Part shown: one piece after another, positions 47,480 through 56,714 of the stretch
Layout of the letters: every line of letters starts with the position of its first letter
Numbering within the stretch: the first letter of the stretch is position 1
DNA from: Rhodothermales bacterium
GTDB taxonomy: Bacteria > Bacteroidota > Rhodothermia > Rhodothermales > JAHQVL01
Length of the DNA stretch: 64,000 nt
NCBI GenBank assembly: GCA_041391505.1
Contig: JAWKNW010000004.1
Location: forward strand, 292,540 to 356,539
Reading direction: 5' to 3'
Made by a program: the position numbers and the translations under genes
The notes under the pieces: model-generated
Databases searched by the model: none
Seen by the model: the letters and a program-made list of their open reading frames with translations, nothing else
What the model was told of the DNA's origin: nothing

Positions 47480-47884
47480 ATGAAATCCATCAACGGCTTT
47501 GAGGATCTCGTCGTGTGGCAAGAGGGAATAAAGTTAGCCGATGCGATCTATGAAATCACGTGTCAGGAAAGCTTTGCTCGCGATCGCTCACTACGCGACC
47601 AGCTGCGCAGGGCGGCTGTGTCGGTGTCATCCAATATCGCCGAAGGATACGAGCGCAACGCCAACGCGGAGTTTCTGTACTTTCTTTCTGTGGCAAAAGG
47701 TTCTGCCGGCGAGTTGCGGAGTTTGCTGTACGTTGCGAGAAATGCGGCCTATATCGAGGACGCTGCGTTCGCCACGCTGAGTGAACGTGCCGCGTTGCTG
47801 TCCAGACGCCTCTTCGCGTTGATGGCGGCGATCAAAAAAAGTGGTTGGAAAGGGATTCGGCACAAACCGGCTGCACAACCTTGA
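47480..47884 (+). CDS. Four-helix-bundle protein (23S rRNA intervening-sequence protein family)
   Basis: 134 aa. FEDLVVWQEGIKLADAIYEIT...SNIAEGYER...EFLYFLSVAKGSAGELRSLLYVA is the family hallmark. Lower GC than its neighbours. Confidence 0.85.
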   Translation: MKSINGFEDLVVWQEGIKLADAIYEITCQESFARDRSLRDQLRRAAVSVSSNIAEGYERNANAEFLYFLSVAKGSAGELRSLLYVARNAAYIEDAAFATLSERAALLSRRLFALMAAIKKSGWKGIRHKPAAQP

Positions 47885-47912
47885 ACCTCAATCCTCAAAC
47901 CTTGAACCTTTC

Positions 47913-48446
47913 CTAAAACTCGCTCTCGTCGCGCCAGTTGATCAGGCGCCAGGGGGCGCCTTCGGCGGGGCGGAGGAGGAGGAAGTTGACGTTGCCGTCG
48001 CCGCGGAAGACGTCGCCGGATTCGAGGTTGATGGTGAGGTTGAAAGAGCGGATGATGCTGGCGCGGCGATTCTCGTCGAACAGGTTCTGGGAGATGATCT
48101 GGTTCCACTCGAGGCTGATGAAGCTGGCGTTGGCGAACAGCCGGCGGGTCGACTCGATCTCCTGGGCGAAGGCCCACTGGCGTTCTACCTGGACGTCAAA
48201 GTCGTAGTAGGTGAAGATGAAGGCCGAGTCGAGCAGCGGTTCGTAGAGGGAGAGGTCTCGCAACTCGTACGCCGCCTGGAAATTGGTGAAGAAGCCGTCG
48301 AGGGTCGCAGGGTCTCCGAGGAGGGCGCCGAACGGGTCGCCTTCCTCCAGCGCCGGCGCGAACGGGTTGCATCCCGTCAGGATCAGGGCCGTGAGAAAGC
48401 CGGGGAGAAGAAGGGTCAGAAGCGGCGTTCGCGGGATATTCGGCAT
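47913..48446 (-). CDS. Hypothetical lipoprotein
   Basis: Lipobox LILTGC. 177 aa. No family recognised. 33 bp downstream of, and co-oriented with, the response regulator. Confidence 0.6.
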   Translation of the reverse strand: MPNIPRTPLLTLLLPGFLTALILTGCNPFAPALEEGDPFGALLGDPATLDGFFTNFQAAYELRDLSLYEPLLDSAFIFTYYDFDVQVERQWAFAQEIESTRRLFANASFISLEWNQIISQNLFDENRRASIIRSFNLTINLESGDVFRGDGNVNFLLLRPAEGAPWRLINWRDESEF

Positions 48447-48479
48447 GAGCGGGATGGATGCGGCGGCGCGCAGGTCCGC

Positions 48480-49172
48480 TCATCCGGTGAATTTGTACCC
48501 GATGCCGTAAACCGTCTGGATGTACTTCGGTTCGGTGGGGTCTGTCTCGATTTTCTTGCGGAGGGACGCCACATGCCGGTCGATCGTGCGGGTGGTGATG
48601 TCGCCCTTGATGCCCCACACATCGATCAGCAGCTGTTTCCGGCTCACGGTGCGGCCTCGATGCCGGATGAAGTAGTGGAGGATGCTGAACTCCAGCGCGG
48701 TGAATTGCAGCTTGCTACCATTTCGCTGGGCGGTGTGGTTGCTGAAGTTGATGCTCATGTCGTCGAACGTGTATTGCTCGACCGACTCCTCGCCGGCGGT
48801 GTGGACGCGCCGGAGGATCACGCGCACCCGCGCGGCGATCTCCTTGGTGCTGAAGGGCTTGGTTACGTAGTCGTCGGCGCCGAGGTTGAAGCCCTTGAGC
48901 TTGTCTTCCTCCGAGGACGAGACGCTGAGGATGATGACGGGGGTGTCGATGCCGGCCTGCCGCGCCTCGCGCAAAACTTCGAAGCCGCTCTTCCGGGGCA
49001 GCATCAAATCGAGCAACACGATATCGAACGGTGTGGCGCCGATCAGCAATCGGGACGCCTTTTCTCCGTCGGTAGCGCGGACCACCTCGTAGTTGTGTTC
49101 CGAGAAATACGTACCCAGCTGCTCTCCGGTAGCCGGGTCATCCTCTACGATGAGCATGCGCGCAGCGTGCAT
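48480..49172 (-). CDS. OmpR/PhoB-family response regulator
   Basis: Receiver domain (MLIVEDD...DIVLLDLMLP...ADDYVTKPF) plus winged-helix output (TRTIDRHVASLRKKIE...IQTVYGIGYKF). Start ambiguous (49172 or 49157). No histidine kinase adjacent. Confidence 0.85.
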   Translation of the reverse strand: MHAARMLIVEDDPATGEQLGTYFSEHNYEVVRATDGEKASRLLIGATPFDIVLLDLMLPRKSGFEVLREARQAGIDTPVIILSVSSSEEDKLKGFNLGADDYVTKPFSTKEIAARVRVILRRVHTAGEESVEQYTFDDMSINFSNHTAQRNGSKLQFTALEFSILHYFIRHRGRTVSRKQLLIDVWGIKGDITTRTIDRHVASLRKKIETDPTEPKYIQTVYGIGYKFTG

Positions 49173-49326
49173 TTCCCGTGGGCTTTTGGTGGTGTGGACT
49201 GCGGAGCCGGGCACAAAGTAGGGCCGTTACAGGTATGCTCAACAGTAGACCTCTCGATCTGGCTAAGTTTACAGCTTTACAACCAAAGATCGCAACCGAA
49301 TCACCGAAAACGAAAGGATTTGGTTC

Positions 49327-49545
49327 ATGGTGCCTCTGGATTTTGTGAACTACGGACCGCTCATCCTGATGACCCTGCTCGGGTTCTTCGGGCTGGCCGC
49401 ACTCCTCCTCGTGCCGGTTTACCGGTTTCTGAAACGGGAAGAGCGGATCAGCGCGAACTGGACCGTCGATCAGTTGCGGGAAGAGGCGAAGGCCGCGGAG
49501 GCGCGGGCGGAGGAGGAAAACGTGGGCGACGAACGGCCGGCCTGA
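49327..49545 (+). CDS. Small hypothetical membrane protein
   Basis: 72 aa. One clear TM segment (GPLILMTLLGFFGLAALLLVPVY) followed by a charged tail. Coding status not certain. Confidence 0.4.
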   Translation: MVPLDFVNYGPLILMTLLGFFGLAALLLVPVYRFLKREERISANWTVDQLREEAKAAEARAEEENVGDERPA

Positions 49546-49558
49546 CCCCGTGGCGCGC

Positions 49559-50002
49559 TCATTCCACGATGAGATGCGGTCGCAGCGCTTCGAGGGTTTT
49601 TTCCCCGATTCCTTTGATCTGGAGCAGATCCTCGGGCCGGCGAAAGGGGCCTCGCGCTTCCCGGAACGCCACGATCCGCTCGGCCGTACGCGGGCCGATG
49701 CGGGGTAGCGCCTCCAGTTCGGCGGCCGTGGCGGTGTTGAGCCGGATCGGGCCATCCGACGCCGGGGCGTCGGCCGGGAGGTCCGCCGGTGGCGCTGCAT
49801 CCGGATCGAGTGCGGGCGCCGGCGCGGCGAGGCTGTCGATCTCGACATAATATGCAGGATCGTACGGCACCAGCTCGTACCGGATGTGCCGCAGCCCGAG
49901 GCCGGCCGCGAGCAGAAGCAGCAACACGGCGAGTGTATGGGTTTCGCGTCGCGTGAGGGCCAGCCGCTGCTGAAGCCGGTAAAAAGGGTGTCGCCAGTCC
50001 AT
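49559..50002 (-). CDS. comEA: ComEA-family helix-hairpin-helix DNA-binding protein
   Basis: Start at MDWRHPFY.... TM anchor, then LNTATAAELEALPRIGPRTAERIVAFREARGPFRRPEDLLQIKGIGEKTLE (tandem HhH). Confidence 0.8.
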   Translation of the reverse strand: MDWRHPFYRLQQRLALTRRETHTLAVLLLLLAAGLGLRHIRYELVPYDPAYYVEIDSLAAPAPALDPDAAPPADLPADAPASDGPIRLNTATAAELEALPRIGPRTAERIVAFREARGPFRRPEDLLQIKGIGEKTLEALRPHLIVE

Positions 50003-50111
50003 GTGATCGAGTGGGGATGGTGCACGTTTCGGGGAGCGCCCCTTGATGCTCATTCTAGACACGGATCGACGCGATAACGTACCTTCCCCCCAGAAGCAGG
50101 CCGGCACCCGC

Positions 50112-50873
50112 ATGATTCTCCGCACCGAAGCGATCGTATTGCGTCATCTCGACTACCGCGAAACGAGCCAGATCGTGACGCTGTTCTCGCGCGAACTCGG
50201 CAAGGTGACGGTCATCGCCAAGGGGGCCCGCTCGGCGAAAAGCCCGTTCGGAAGCGCGCTCCAGCCCATGGCGTATGTCGACGTCGTCCTGTACCACCGT
50301 CCGGGGCGCGACCTGCAGACGCTCAAGGAGATCTCGCATGTCCGCCCGCTGCTCGGGCTGAGCAAGGCGCTCGACCGGCTGGCGATCGGCCTCCGCATCG
50401 TCGAATTCATCAACGCGCTGCTGCAGCCCGACGAGCAAAACGCGCCGCTTTTCCATCTGGCCGTCGAGACGCTCACCCTGCTCGACGCCCTCGACGCCGA
50501 GGACCCCGACAATCTGCTGCCCTATTTTCAGCTGCGCCTCGCCGGCATTCTGGGTTTTCAGCCCGCCGTCACGCGGGAGCAGGTCGAGGCGCTGCCCGAG
50601 GCGGGTGGGGCTCTGGCGCTCGAGAGCGGCGACGTGCTGGTCGGGCGGGGCGAAGGGGCGTCGTCGCGTCGCGCCTCGCGCAAGGCGCTCCGGGCGTTCG
50701 CCATCCTGGCGCATGCCCGGCCGGAGGTCGTCCTTCGTATGGCCATGCCCGACGCCGTGCGGCGGGAAGTGACCGCCCTCGTCGATGCCTATCTGCAGTA
50801 CCATGTCGAGGACGCCTATCCGACCCGGGGCGAAAAGGTGCTGGGCGCCCTGCTGGATCGCCGGGTCGAGTGA
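50112..50873 (+). CDS. recO: DNA repair protein RecO
   Basis: Start at MILRTEAIVLRHLDYRETSQIVTLFSRELGKVTVIAKGARS..., the canonical RecO OB-fold N-terminus. Confidence 0.85.
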   Translation: MILRTEAIVLRHLDYRETSQIVTLFSRELGKVTVIAKGARSAKSPFGSALQPMAYVDVVLYHRPGRDLQTLKEISHVRPLLGLSKALDRLAIGLRIVEFINALLQPDEQNAPLFHLAVETLTLLDALDAEDPDNLLPYFQLRLAGILGFQPAVTREQVEALPEAGGALALESGDVLVGRGEGASSRRASRKALRAFAILAHARPEVVLRMAMPDAVRREVTALVDAYLQYHVEDAYPTRGEKVLGALLDRRVE

Positions 50874-50925
50874 CCCTCCGCGCAAACGCCGGATTCGCTC
50901 TTTCACCTCCTGGAACATTTTCTAC

Positions 50926-50959
50926 TTGCTTTTTTATCAGGAAGTGTGTATACATATGT
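50926..50959 (+). promoter_or_regulatory. Candidate sigma-70-like promoter with overlapping palindromes upstream of lexA
   Basis: TTGCTT (50926-50931), 17-nt spacer, TATACA (50949-50954). Overlapping 8-bp palindromes TGTATACA (50947-50954) and ACATATGT (50952-50959) sit in a locally AT-rich patch. Confidence 0.4.
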
Positions 50960-51085
50960 GACATGCAGCGCGCTATGGGCTAAGTCGGGTCATACCAGCG
51001 GGTTGAAGCGATTTCCCTGCTCCGATCGAACGAAACGCCGGCTGCGCATGCACCTACCGCCAGGGTGAACTACCATCACACAACC

Positions 51086-51745
51086 ATGAGTCGCAAACAC
51101 CTTACAGCCAAACAGCACTCGTTCCTGAAGTTCTTGAAAAACTATGTGCGCGAGCACGGCGTTTGGCCGACGTATCGGGAGATGGTCGATCAGTTCGACT
51201 ATCGCTCGCCGAACAGTGTCACCCAGAATCTCCAGGCGCTGTATAAAAAGGGCTTCCTGATGAAGGAGGATGAGGGCTATCAGTTCGTCAGCGAAACGGC
51301 GAACCTGCTTTCGGGTCCGCTCCTCGGGATTCCCATTCTGGGCACGATCACGGCCGGCGTGCTCCAGGAGGCGATCGAGGACAATCAGGGCACCATCACC
51401 CTCGAAACTCTTTTCCCGAATCTGGATCGAATCTTTGCGATTCGGGTATCAGGCCAATCGATGATCGGCGTGGATATCCAGGATGGCGATTACGTGCTGC
51501 TCATCGACGATGATATCCCGAACGGCGGCATAGGCGCCGTATTGTACGACGGTGAAACGTCGCTCAAGAGGATCTATCAGGAGCAGGACGGGCTTCGCCT
51601 GGTCGCGGCGAATGACGCCTATAAGGACATCCGGATTTCTCCCGATATCTTCGAAGAAGTGAAAATCCTCGGACGCTACGTCGGCCACGTCAACAAAAAC
51701 GGGATCTACAAACGCTCATTTACCGGACGCAGCCAAGCGGCCTGA
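51086..51745 (+). CDS. lexA: LexA repressor (S24 peptidase)
   Basis: wHTH N-terminus (TYREMVDQF...SPNSVTQNLQALYKKGFL), Ala-Gly cleavage-type site (ITAGVL), Ser in VSGQSM and Lys in SLKRIY. Confidence 0.85.
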   Translation: MSRKHLTAKQHSFLKFLKNYVREHGVWPTYREMVDQFDYRSPNSVTQNLQALYKKGFLMKEDEGYQFVSETANLLSGPLLGIPILGTITAGVLQEAIEDNQGTITLETLFPNLDRIFAIRVSGQSMIGVDIQDGDYVLLIDDDIPNGGIGAVLYDGETSLKRIYQEQDGLRLVAANDAYKDIRISPDIFEEVKILGRYVGHVNKNGIYKRSFTGRSQAA

Positions 51746-51746
51746 T

Positions 51747-52373
51747 ATGACCACACCGAACTGGAATCGGAATCTGCGCCAGAAAGGCGGATTCTGGAAG
51801 CATGGACGGTGGTACGACGTAAACATCGCACGTCGCCTGCCGCTTTCCATTCCGCTCATGGAAGAGCTTGTCGCCGCCCTTCCGCCGCTCGATTCCAATA
51901 CCTCGGTGTGCGACCTCGGATGCGGGACCGGCAACGCCGGCATGTCGGTCCTCCTGGCCTATCCCACCGTCCATCTCACGGTGCTCGACAAAGACCCGGA
52001 AATGCTCGAGCTGGCTCGCGAGAAGATCAGCGAGATCCGCGAGGGCGTCACCCAGATCGAGGCCACGGTCTCCCCGGAAGGCGAACCCCTTCCCGGCAGC
52101 CCCTACGATGTCATCATCGCCTCGATGGTCCTGCCCGATCTCATCGGCGGCAGCGAGCCGGAAGGCGCCGAAGCGGAAACGCGCTACGAACTGCTCTTTC
52201 AGGGGCTCGGCGCGTCCCTCGCACCCGGCGGCCACCTGTTCGTGGCCGACCAGATCGGAACGCTCGGTCTGTACCGGCTCATGAAGACCATGGAGCGCGC
52301 CGGCTTCAGCGATGTCGATTGCGCCTGGCGGCAGGACGACTTCTACGTCTGCGGCGGCCGCCTCGCCTCCTGA
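51747..52373 (+). CDS. Class I SAM-dependent methyltransferase
   Basis: Motif I VCDLGCGTGNAG. 208 aa. The start lies 1 nt after the lexA stop. Confidence 0.75.
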   Translation: MTTPNWNRNLRQKGGFWKHGRWYDVNIARRLPLSIPLMEELVAALPPLDSNTSVCDLGCGTGNAGMSVLLAYPTVHLTVLDKDPEMLELAREKISEIREGVTQIEATVSPEGEPLPGSPYDVIIASMVLPDLIGGSEPEGAEAETRYELLFQGLGASLAPGGHLFVADQIGTLGLYRLMKTMERAGFSDVDCAWRQDDFYVCGGRLAS

Positions 52374-52401
52374 TCGCGTGACCCGGTCGACGCGTCAGGT
52401 C

Positions 52402-52437
52402 GGATGGCCGTGTCATGCCGGATTGCCGTGTCATGCC
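52402..52437. repeat. Tandem 18-bp duplication GGAT(G/T)GCCGTGTCATGCC x2
   Basis: 52402-52419 and 52420-52437 differ at one position. Located about 165 bp upstream of the GAF/PAS sensor gene. Confidence 0.7.
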
Positions 52438-52601
52438 AGAGTGAAGTTTTGTCCGCGCCGCCGGCGTTCCTGACCGTCTCCTGTCGCATCTCCGGGGCTT
52501 TCCCGCCCCGTATCCGCCCAAACGGCGCCTCCTTTCCGCATGGCACATCCTTGGCGTGTCCACCTGCCACAGGCATTTCGGACTAACGCGCCACATCGGC
52601 C

Positions 52602-54380
52602 ATGTCATCTCCCTCTCTTTCTCCTTCGAGCGCAGCCCCCGGCGCCGAAGCCCTTGATTCGACCCCCCGCCCCGATCCGCTCCAGCGCGTCGTCGCGCTG
52701 GTCAAAAAGCTCTTCGATGTCCCCGTCGTACTCGTTTCGCGGATCGTGAACGACAGGCTGCATTTCCTGGCCACGACCGGCTTCAGCGTGCGCGACGCGG
52801 ATATCGACTATCTCCCTTGCAGTCGCGTCGTTCAGGAAGCCAAGCCGCTTCTCGTCGAGGACGCGGCCGCGATGCCCGACTGGACCGACCGGTATGCGCG
52901 GGGCATCGGTTTTTACGCCGGCGTCCCGATTCTGGATCGTGCCGGCCAGGCCATTGGCGCGCTGAGTCTGATCGACGTACGCGGCCGCCACGTCGAGGAG
53001 CCGGCGATCGGTGTCCTCGAGGAGTGCGCCGCGCTGATCTACGACCTGATCCACACCGAGATGCCGCCGCCCCCGCCGGAGCCGGCGCCGTCCGCCGCGC
53101 TCCTGATCGACCTGTTCCATGACGCGCCGACGCCCGTGTTTGTCACGGATGCGGACAACGCGATGCTGGCTGTGAACGAAGCCGCCGCGCGGTTGCTGTC
53201 GATACCGCGGAGCCAGCTCGCCGGACGCCCCTTTGACGCGGCGCTGCCGGAGGACCTCCGCGCCGGCGAAGCCGCCCTCTACGCCGATCTTTTTGCCGGC
53301 GTGCGCGAGCATTATCAGATGGATAGCCGGCTGGTGGATGGGTCGGGGGCCATCCATCGCGCCCGCATGACCGTTTCGCTCGTCCGCAACGACGAGGGCG
53401 AGCCGGCCTATGCGATCCGCATCCTGGAGGAAACGGGCCGCCGGCACGAGGCGGTCGAGGAGCTCCGGCTGCGGGATAGCGCCATCGCCGGCATGCCGCT
53501 CGGCCTCGCGATCGTCGACGCGACGACGCCCGCGATGCCGATCATCTTCTGCAATAAGGCCTTCGAGACCCTGACCGGCTATCGGCAGGTGGAAATCCTG
53601 GGCTCCAACATGCTGCTTCTGCGCGGGACGCTCACGGAGCGCGAAGCGGTCGAGGCCATCGAAGCACTCGTGGCGCGGGAGGAACAGGGCCAGGTGGAAG
53701 CCACGTTCTGCCGGCGCGATGGCCGGCCGCTCCGGAGCGGGGTGACGCTCATTCCCGTCTGGGGAGAAGCGGATACGCTGACGCACTACGTCTGGCTGCT
53801 CGACGATCGGACCGAGATGCACCAGGTGCGGGAGCAACATGCGGCCCTGCGGACAGAGCTGGTGCGCTCGACGACGCGGCTGCGGCAGGCCGCCGAGCTG
53901 ATCACCGTGGCCTACGGATTGCAGCCCATCGAGGAAGAAGCGCAGACATTGCTGAAATCCCTGTATGACGAGGTGAAATACCTCGAGGCCAAAGTGACCC
54001 TGTTCGATCAGGCGTCAGGCGTCGGGCTGCCGGTGGTGGCCAACGTGGCCGGCAATCCGATACAGATCGACCGGGTGGATCCCGATTTCGGGCACACCCG
54101 GGGGGACGTCTGCCGCATCCGCATGCAGATGGAACAGACGGGAGAGCAGGGGACGTGGTGTCTCGACGTTCCGATCATGACGGAAGAGGGCATGCGCGGC
54201 CTGTTGACGCTGTACGCGCATCCAGGGCGGCTTTTCGACGATGCGGCGGCTACGGCGGCGCGTCAGGCGGCCGGCCGGCTGGCGGGCGCGCTGTCCGCCA
54301 CCCTGTCCGCCAACCCGGCACGCACCGCGCCCGTAACAACCCCGGCGCCGGAGCGGGTCGCGCTGCTGCCGGAGGCCTGA
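52602..54380 (+). CDS. GAF-PAS-PAS(LOV-like) sensor protein without a recognisable output domain
   Basis: 592 aa. N-terminal GAF-like region, one PAS, then a LOV-like PAS (IIFCNKAFETLTGYRQVEILGSNMLLLRG...RRDGRPLRSGVTLIPV). The C-terminal region is GAF-like. No HisKA/HATPase, GGDEF or HTH seen. Confidence 0.7.
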   Translation: MSSPSLSPSSAAPGAEALDSTPRPDPLQRVVALVKKLFDVPVVLVSRIVNDRLHFLATTGFSVRDADIDYLPCSRVVQEAKPLLVEDAAAMPDWTDRYARGIGFYAGVPILDRAGQAIGALSLIDVRGRHVEEPAIGVLEECAALIYDLIHTEMPPPPPEPAPSAALLIDLFHDAPTPVFVTDADNAMLAVNEAAARLLSIPRSQLAGRPFDAALPEDLRAGEAALYADLFAGVREHYQMDSRLVDGSGAIHRARMTVSLVRNDEGEPAYAIRILEETGRRHEAVEELRLRDSAIAGMPLGLAIVDATTPAMPIIFCNKAFETLTGYRQVEILGSNMLLLRGTLTEREAVEAIEALVAREEQGQVEATFCRRDGRPLRSGVTLIPVWGEADTLTHYVWLLDDRTEMHQVREQHAALRTELVRSTTRLRQAAELITVAYGLQPIEEEAQTLLKSLYDEVKYLEAKVTLFDQASGVGLPVVANVAGNPIQIDRVDPDFGHTRGDVCRIRMQMEQTGEQGTWCLDVPIMTEEGMRGLLTLYAHPGRLFDDAAATAARQAAGRLAGALSATLSANPARTAPVTTPAPERVALLPEA

Positions 54381-54757
54381 GCGACGGGTGGATGCGGCCG
54401 GCGCAACGCAAAGGTCCATTTTGCGGTGGAACCGGATGGATCTTATTTCTATCTTCTGCTTCTGCTTTACAGATGCGTCCGTTTCCTGCCGCTAGCTCGC
54501 GCTGGATGCGACGGCTTGCGTAAGGATTTCCTGGCATCGGGTCCGGCATGGCGCTGCGTGCGCGTGCTCCGACCCGGAGCCAGGAGATTTCGCGTGCCGG
54601 TCTTCGCTCCAGCGGGGCGGACCACGGTGGGGAGCGAGTGCGTCGATACCCGACCACGCCATGCCGGCGCGCCGTGCGCCGTGCGGCACCGTGTTGAAGG
54701 GTCATGTGAGGTGTAGAGGACTAATGGACGTCGTTCGCCGCGCGTCCGTACAGGTAT

Positions 54758-55369
54758 ATGTCGAAAACAGCTGGTTCGCTTTCTCCTTCCGATTCGAGTG
54801 AGCAGGATCGCGCCCTTGTGAAACTGGCGCTGGAAGGGGATGAAGCGGCATACAAGGCGCTCGTCCAGAAATACAGCAAGGCGCTGACCATGCACATCCA
54901 GCGGCTCGTGAGAAAGCCTGAGGAAGTGGATGATCTGGTGCAGGAGAGCTTCATCAAGGCGTTCTCGGCGCTCGAGTCGTATTCCATCGAATACGCATTT
55001 TCGACCTGGCTCTACAAGATCGCCACCAATCACGCGATCGACTATCTCCGGAAGCGTAAGCTCAAGACGTATTCGATCGACAAGCCGCGCGACACCAAAG
55101 AAGGGGCGGTCGAATACGAACTGCCGGACGCCACCTACCGTCCGGATCGCCACATCGTCGCGGATCAGCGGCGCCAGTTGATCCAGGAAGCCATCGACGC
55201 ACTGCCCGAAAAATACCATCGGGTCATCGTCATGCGTCACCAGCAGGAGAAATCCTACGAGGAGATCGCGCGGGAGCTTGATCTGCCCCTGGGCACGGTA
55301 AAGGCGCACATCTTCCGCGCGCGCGAGTTGCTCAACAAGTTTTTGCGCGACAAGCGAAGTTCGTTGTGA
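54758..55369 (+). CDS. ECF-type RNA polymerase sigma-70 factor
   Basis: Region 2 ([12 protein letters not shown]...[21 protein letters not shown]) and region 4 ([24 protein letters not shown]). Confidence 0.85.
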   Translation: MSKTAGSLSPSDSSEQDRALVKLALEGDEAAYKALVQKYSKALTMHIQRLVRKPEEVDDLVQESFIKAFSALESYSIEYAFSTWLYKIATNHAIDYLRKRKLKTYSIDKPRDTKEGAVEYELPDATYRPDRHIVADQRRQLIQEAIDALPEKYHRVIVMRHQQEKSYEEIARELDLPLGTVKAHIFRARELLNKFLRDKRSSL

Positions 55370-55418
55370 GCTTCGCGTCGGCGACCCATCCCGAAACGAG
55401 TTCCCATCCATCCATCTC

Positions 55419-56714
55419 ATGATCGATCGCTACACCCGGCCCGAAATGGCCGCACTCTGGGGAGAAGAACAGCAATTCCAGGCCTGGCTCGACGTCGAAC
55501 TCGCGGCGTGCGCGGCCTGGTCGGAACTGGGCGTGATTCCCCGGGAGGATGTCGATCTCCTGTACGAAAACGCCCGTTTTTCCGTACGGCGCATTCACGA
55601 GATCGAGGAGGTGACCCGCCACGACGTCGTCGCGTTCACGCGCGCCGTGAGCGAGACGCTTGGGGAGGAAAAGAAGTGGGTGCATTACGGCCTTACCTCG
55701 TCGGATGTGGTCGACACGGCGTTGTCCTATCGGCTCATCAAGGCCAACGCGCTCATCCTCGAACAGCTGGATCGCATGCTGCAGGTGCTCGCCGCGAAGG
55801 CGAAGCAGCACCGGCACACCCTGATGATGGGTCGCACGCACGGCGTCCATGCGGAGCCGACGACGTTCGGGCTGAAGATGGCGCTGTATTACGCCGAGAT
55901 GCAGCGCAACCGGGCGCGCTTCGAGGCGGCGGCGGAAGACATCCGGGTGGGGAAGGTGTCGGGGGCCGTTGGGACCTTTGCGCACATCTCGCCGGACGTG
56001 GAGCGGTTTACGTGCGAGCGGCTGGGGCTCAAGCCGGCGCCGATATCCACCCAGGTGCTGCAGCGGGACCGCCACGCGCACTACCTCGGCGTGCTCGCCC
56101 TCATCGGGGCGACGCTCGAGAAGATGGCCGTAGAGATCCGCGGGTTGCAGAAAAGCGAAGTCCGCGAAGTGGAGGAAGCGTTCGGGAAGGGGCAGAAGGG
56201 TTCGTCGGCGATGCCGCACAAGCGGAATCCCGTCGGATCGGAAAACGTCACCGGATGCGCGCGGCTTCTCCGCGGCTACATGGTGTCGGCTTACGAAAAT
56301 GTGGCGCTCTGGCATGAGCGGGACATTTCCCATTCGTCCGTCGAGCGTGTGATCATCCCCGATGCGACGACCATCCTGCACTATGCGCTGCATCGGATGG
56401 CGACCATCATCGAACATCTGGTCGTTTACGAGAAAAACATGCTCCGGAACATGGATCGCACGTTCGGGCTGTACAACAGCCAGCGAGTCCTGCTGAAGCT
56501 CATCGATACGGGGCTCGACCGCGAAACGGCCTACGACATGGTGCAGCCGCTGGCGATGCGGGCCTGGGAAGAAGAGCGGTCTTTCAAGGACATCATCCTG
56601 TCCGAGTCGGCCATCCTGCAACATCTCACCCGCGACGCGATCGAGGAGGCCTTTGACGCCCGGTACCATCTGCGGCGCGTAGATGAGATTCTCGCGCGCG
56701 TCGGACTGGCCTGA
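55419..56714 (+). CDS. purB: Adenylosuccinate lyase
   Basis: [10 protein letters not shown]...W N-terminus and fumarate-lyase signature [11 protein letters not shown]. 431 aa. Confidence 0.9.
   Translation: MIDRYTRPEMAALWGEEQQFQAWLDVELAACAAWSELGVIPREDVDLLYENARFSVRRIHEIEEVTRHDVVAFTRAVSETLGEEKKWVHYGLTSSDVVDTALSYRLIKANALILEQLDRMLQVLAAKAKQHRHTLMMGRTHGVHAEPTTFGLKMALYYAEMQRNRARFEAAAEDIRVGKVSGAVGTFAHISPDVERFTCERLGLKPAPISTQVLQRDRHAHYLGVLALIGATLEKMAVEIRGLQKSEVREVEEAFGKGQKGSSAMPHKRNPVGSENVTGCARLLRGYMVSAYENVALWHERDISHSSVERVIIPDATTILHYALHRMATIIEHLVVYEKNMLRNMDRTFGLYNSQRVLLKLIDTGLDRETAYDMVQPLAMRAWEEERSFKDIILSESAILQHLTRDAIEEAFDARYHLRRVDEILARVGLA

Noticed and set aside
47841-49850. 669-aa plus-strand ORF covering the lipoprotein, response-regulator and comEA region
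   Set aside because: It overlaps three well-supported minus-strand genes (lipobox protein, OmpR-type regulator, ComEA HhH protein). Its translation is low complexity.
54467-55420. 317-aa minus-strand ORF antisense to the ECF sigma gene
   Set aside because: The sense frame has clear sigma-70 region 2 and region 4 motifs. The antisense product has none.
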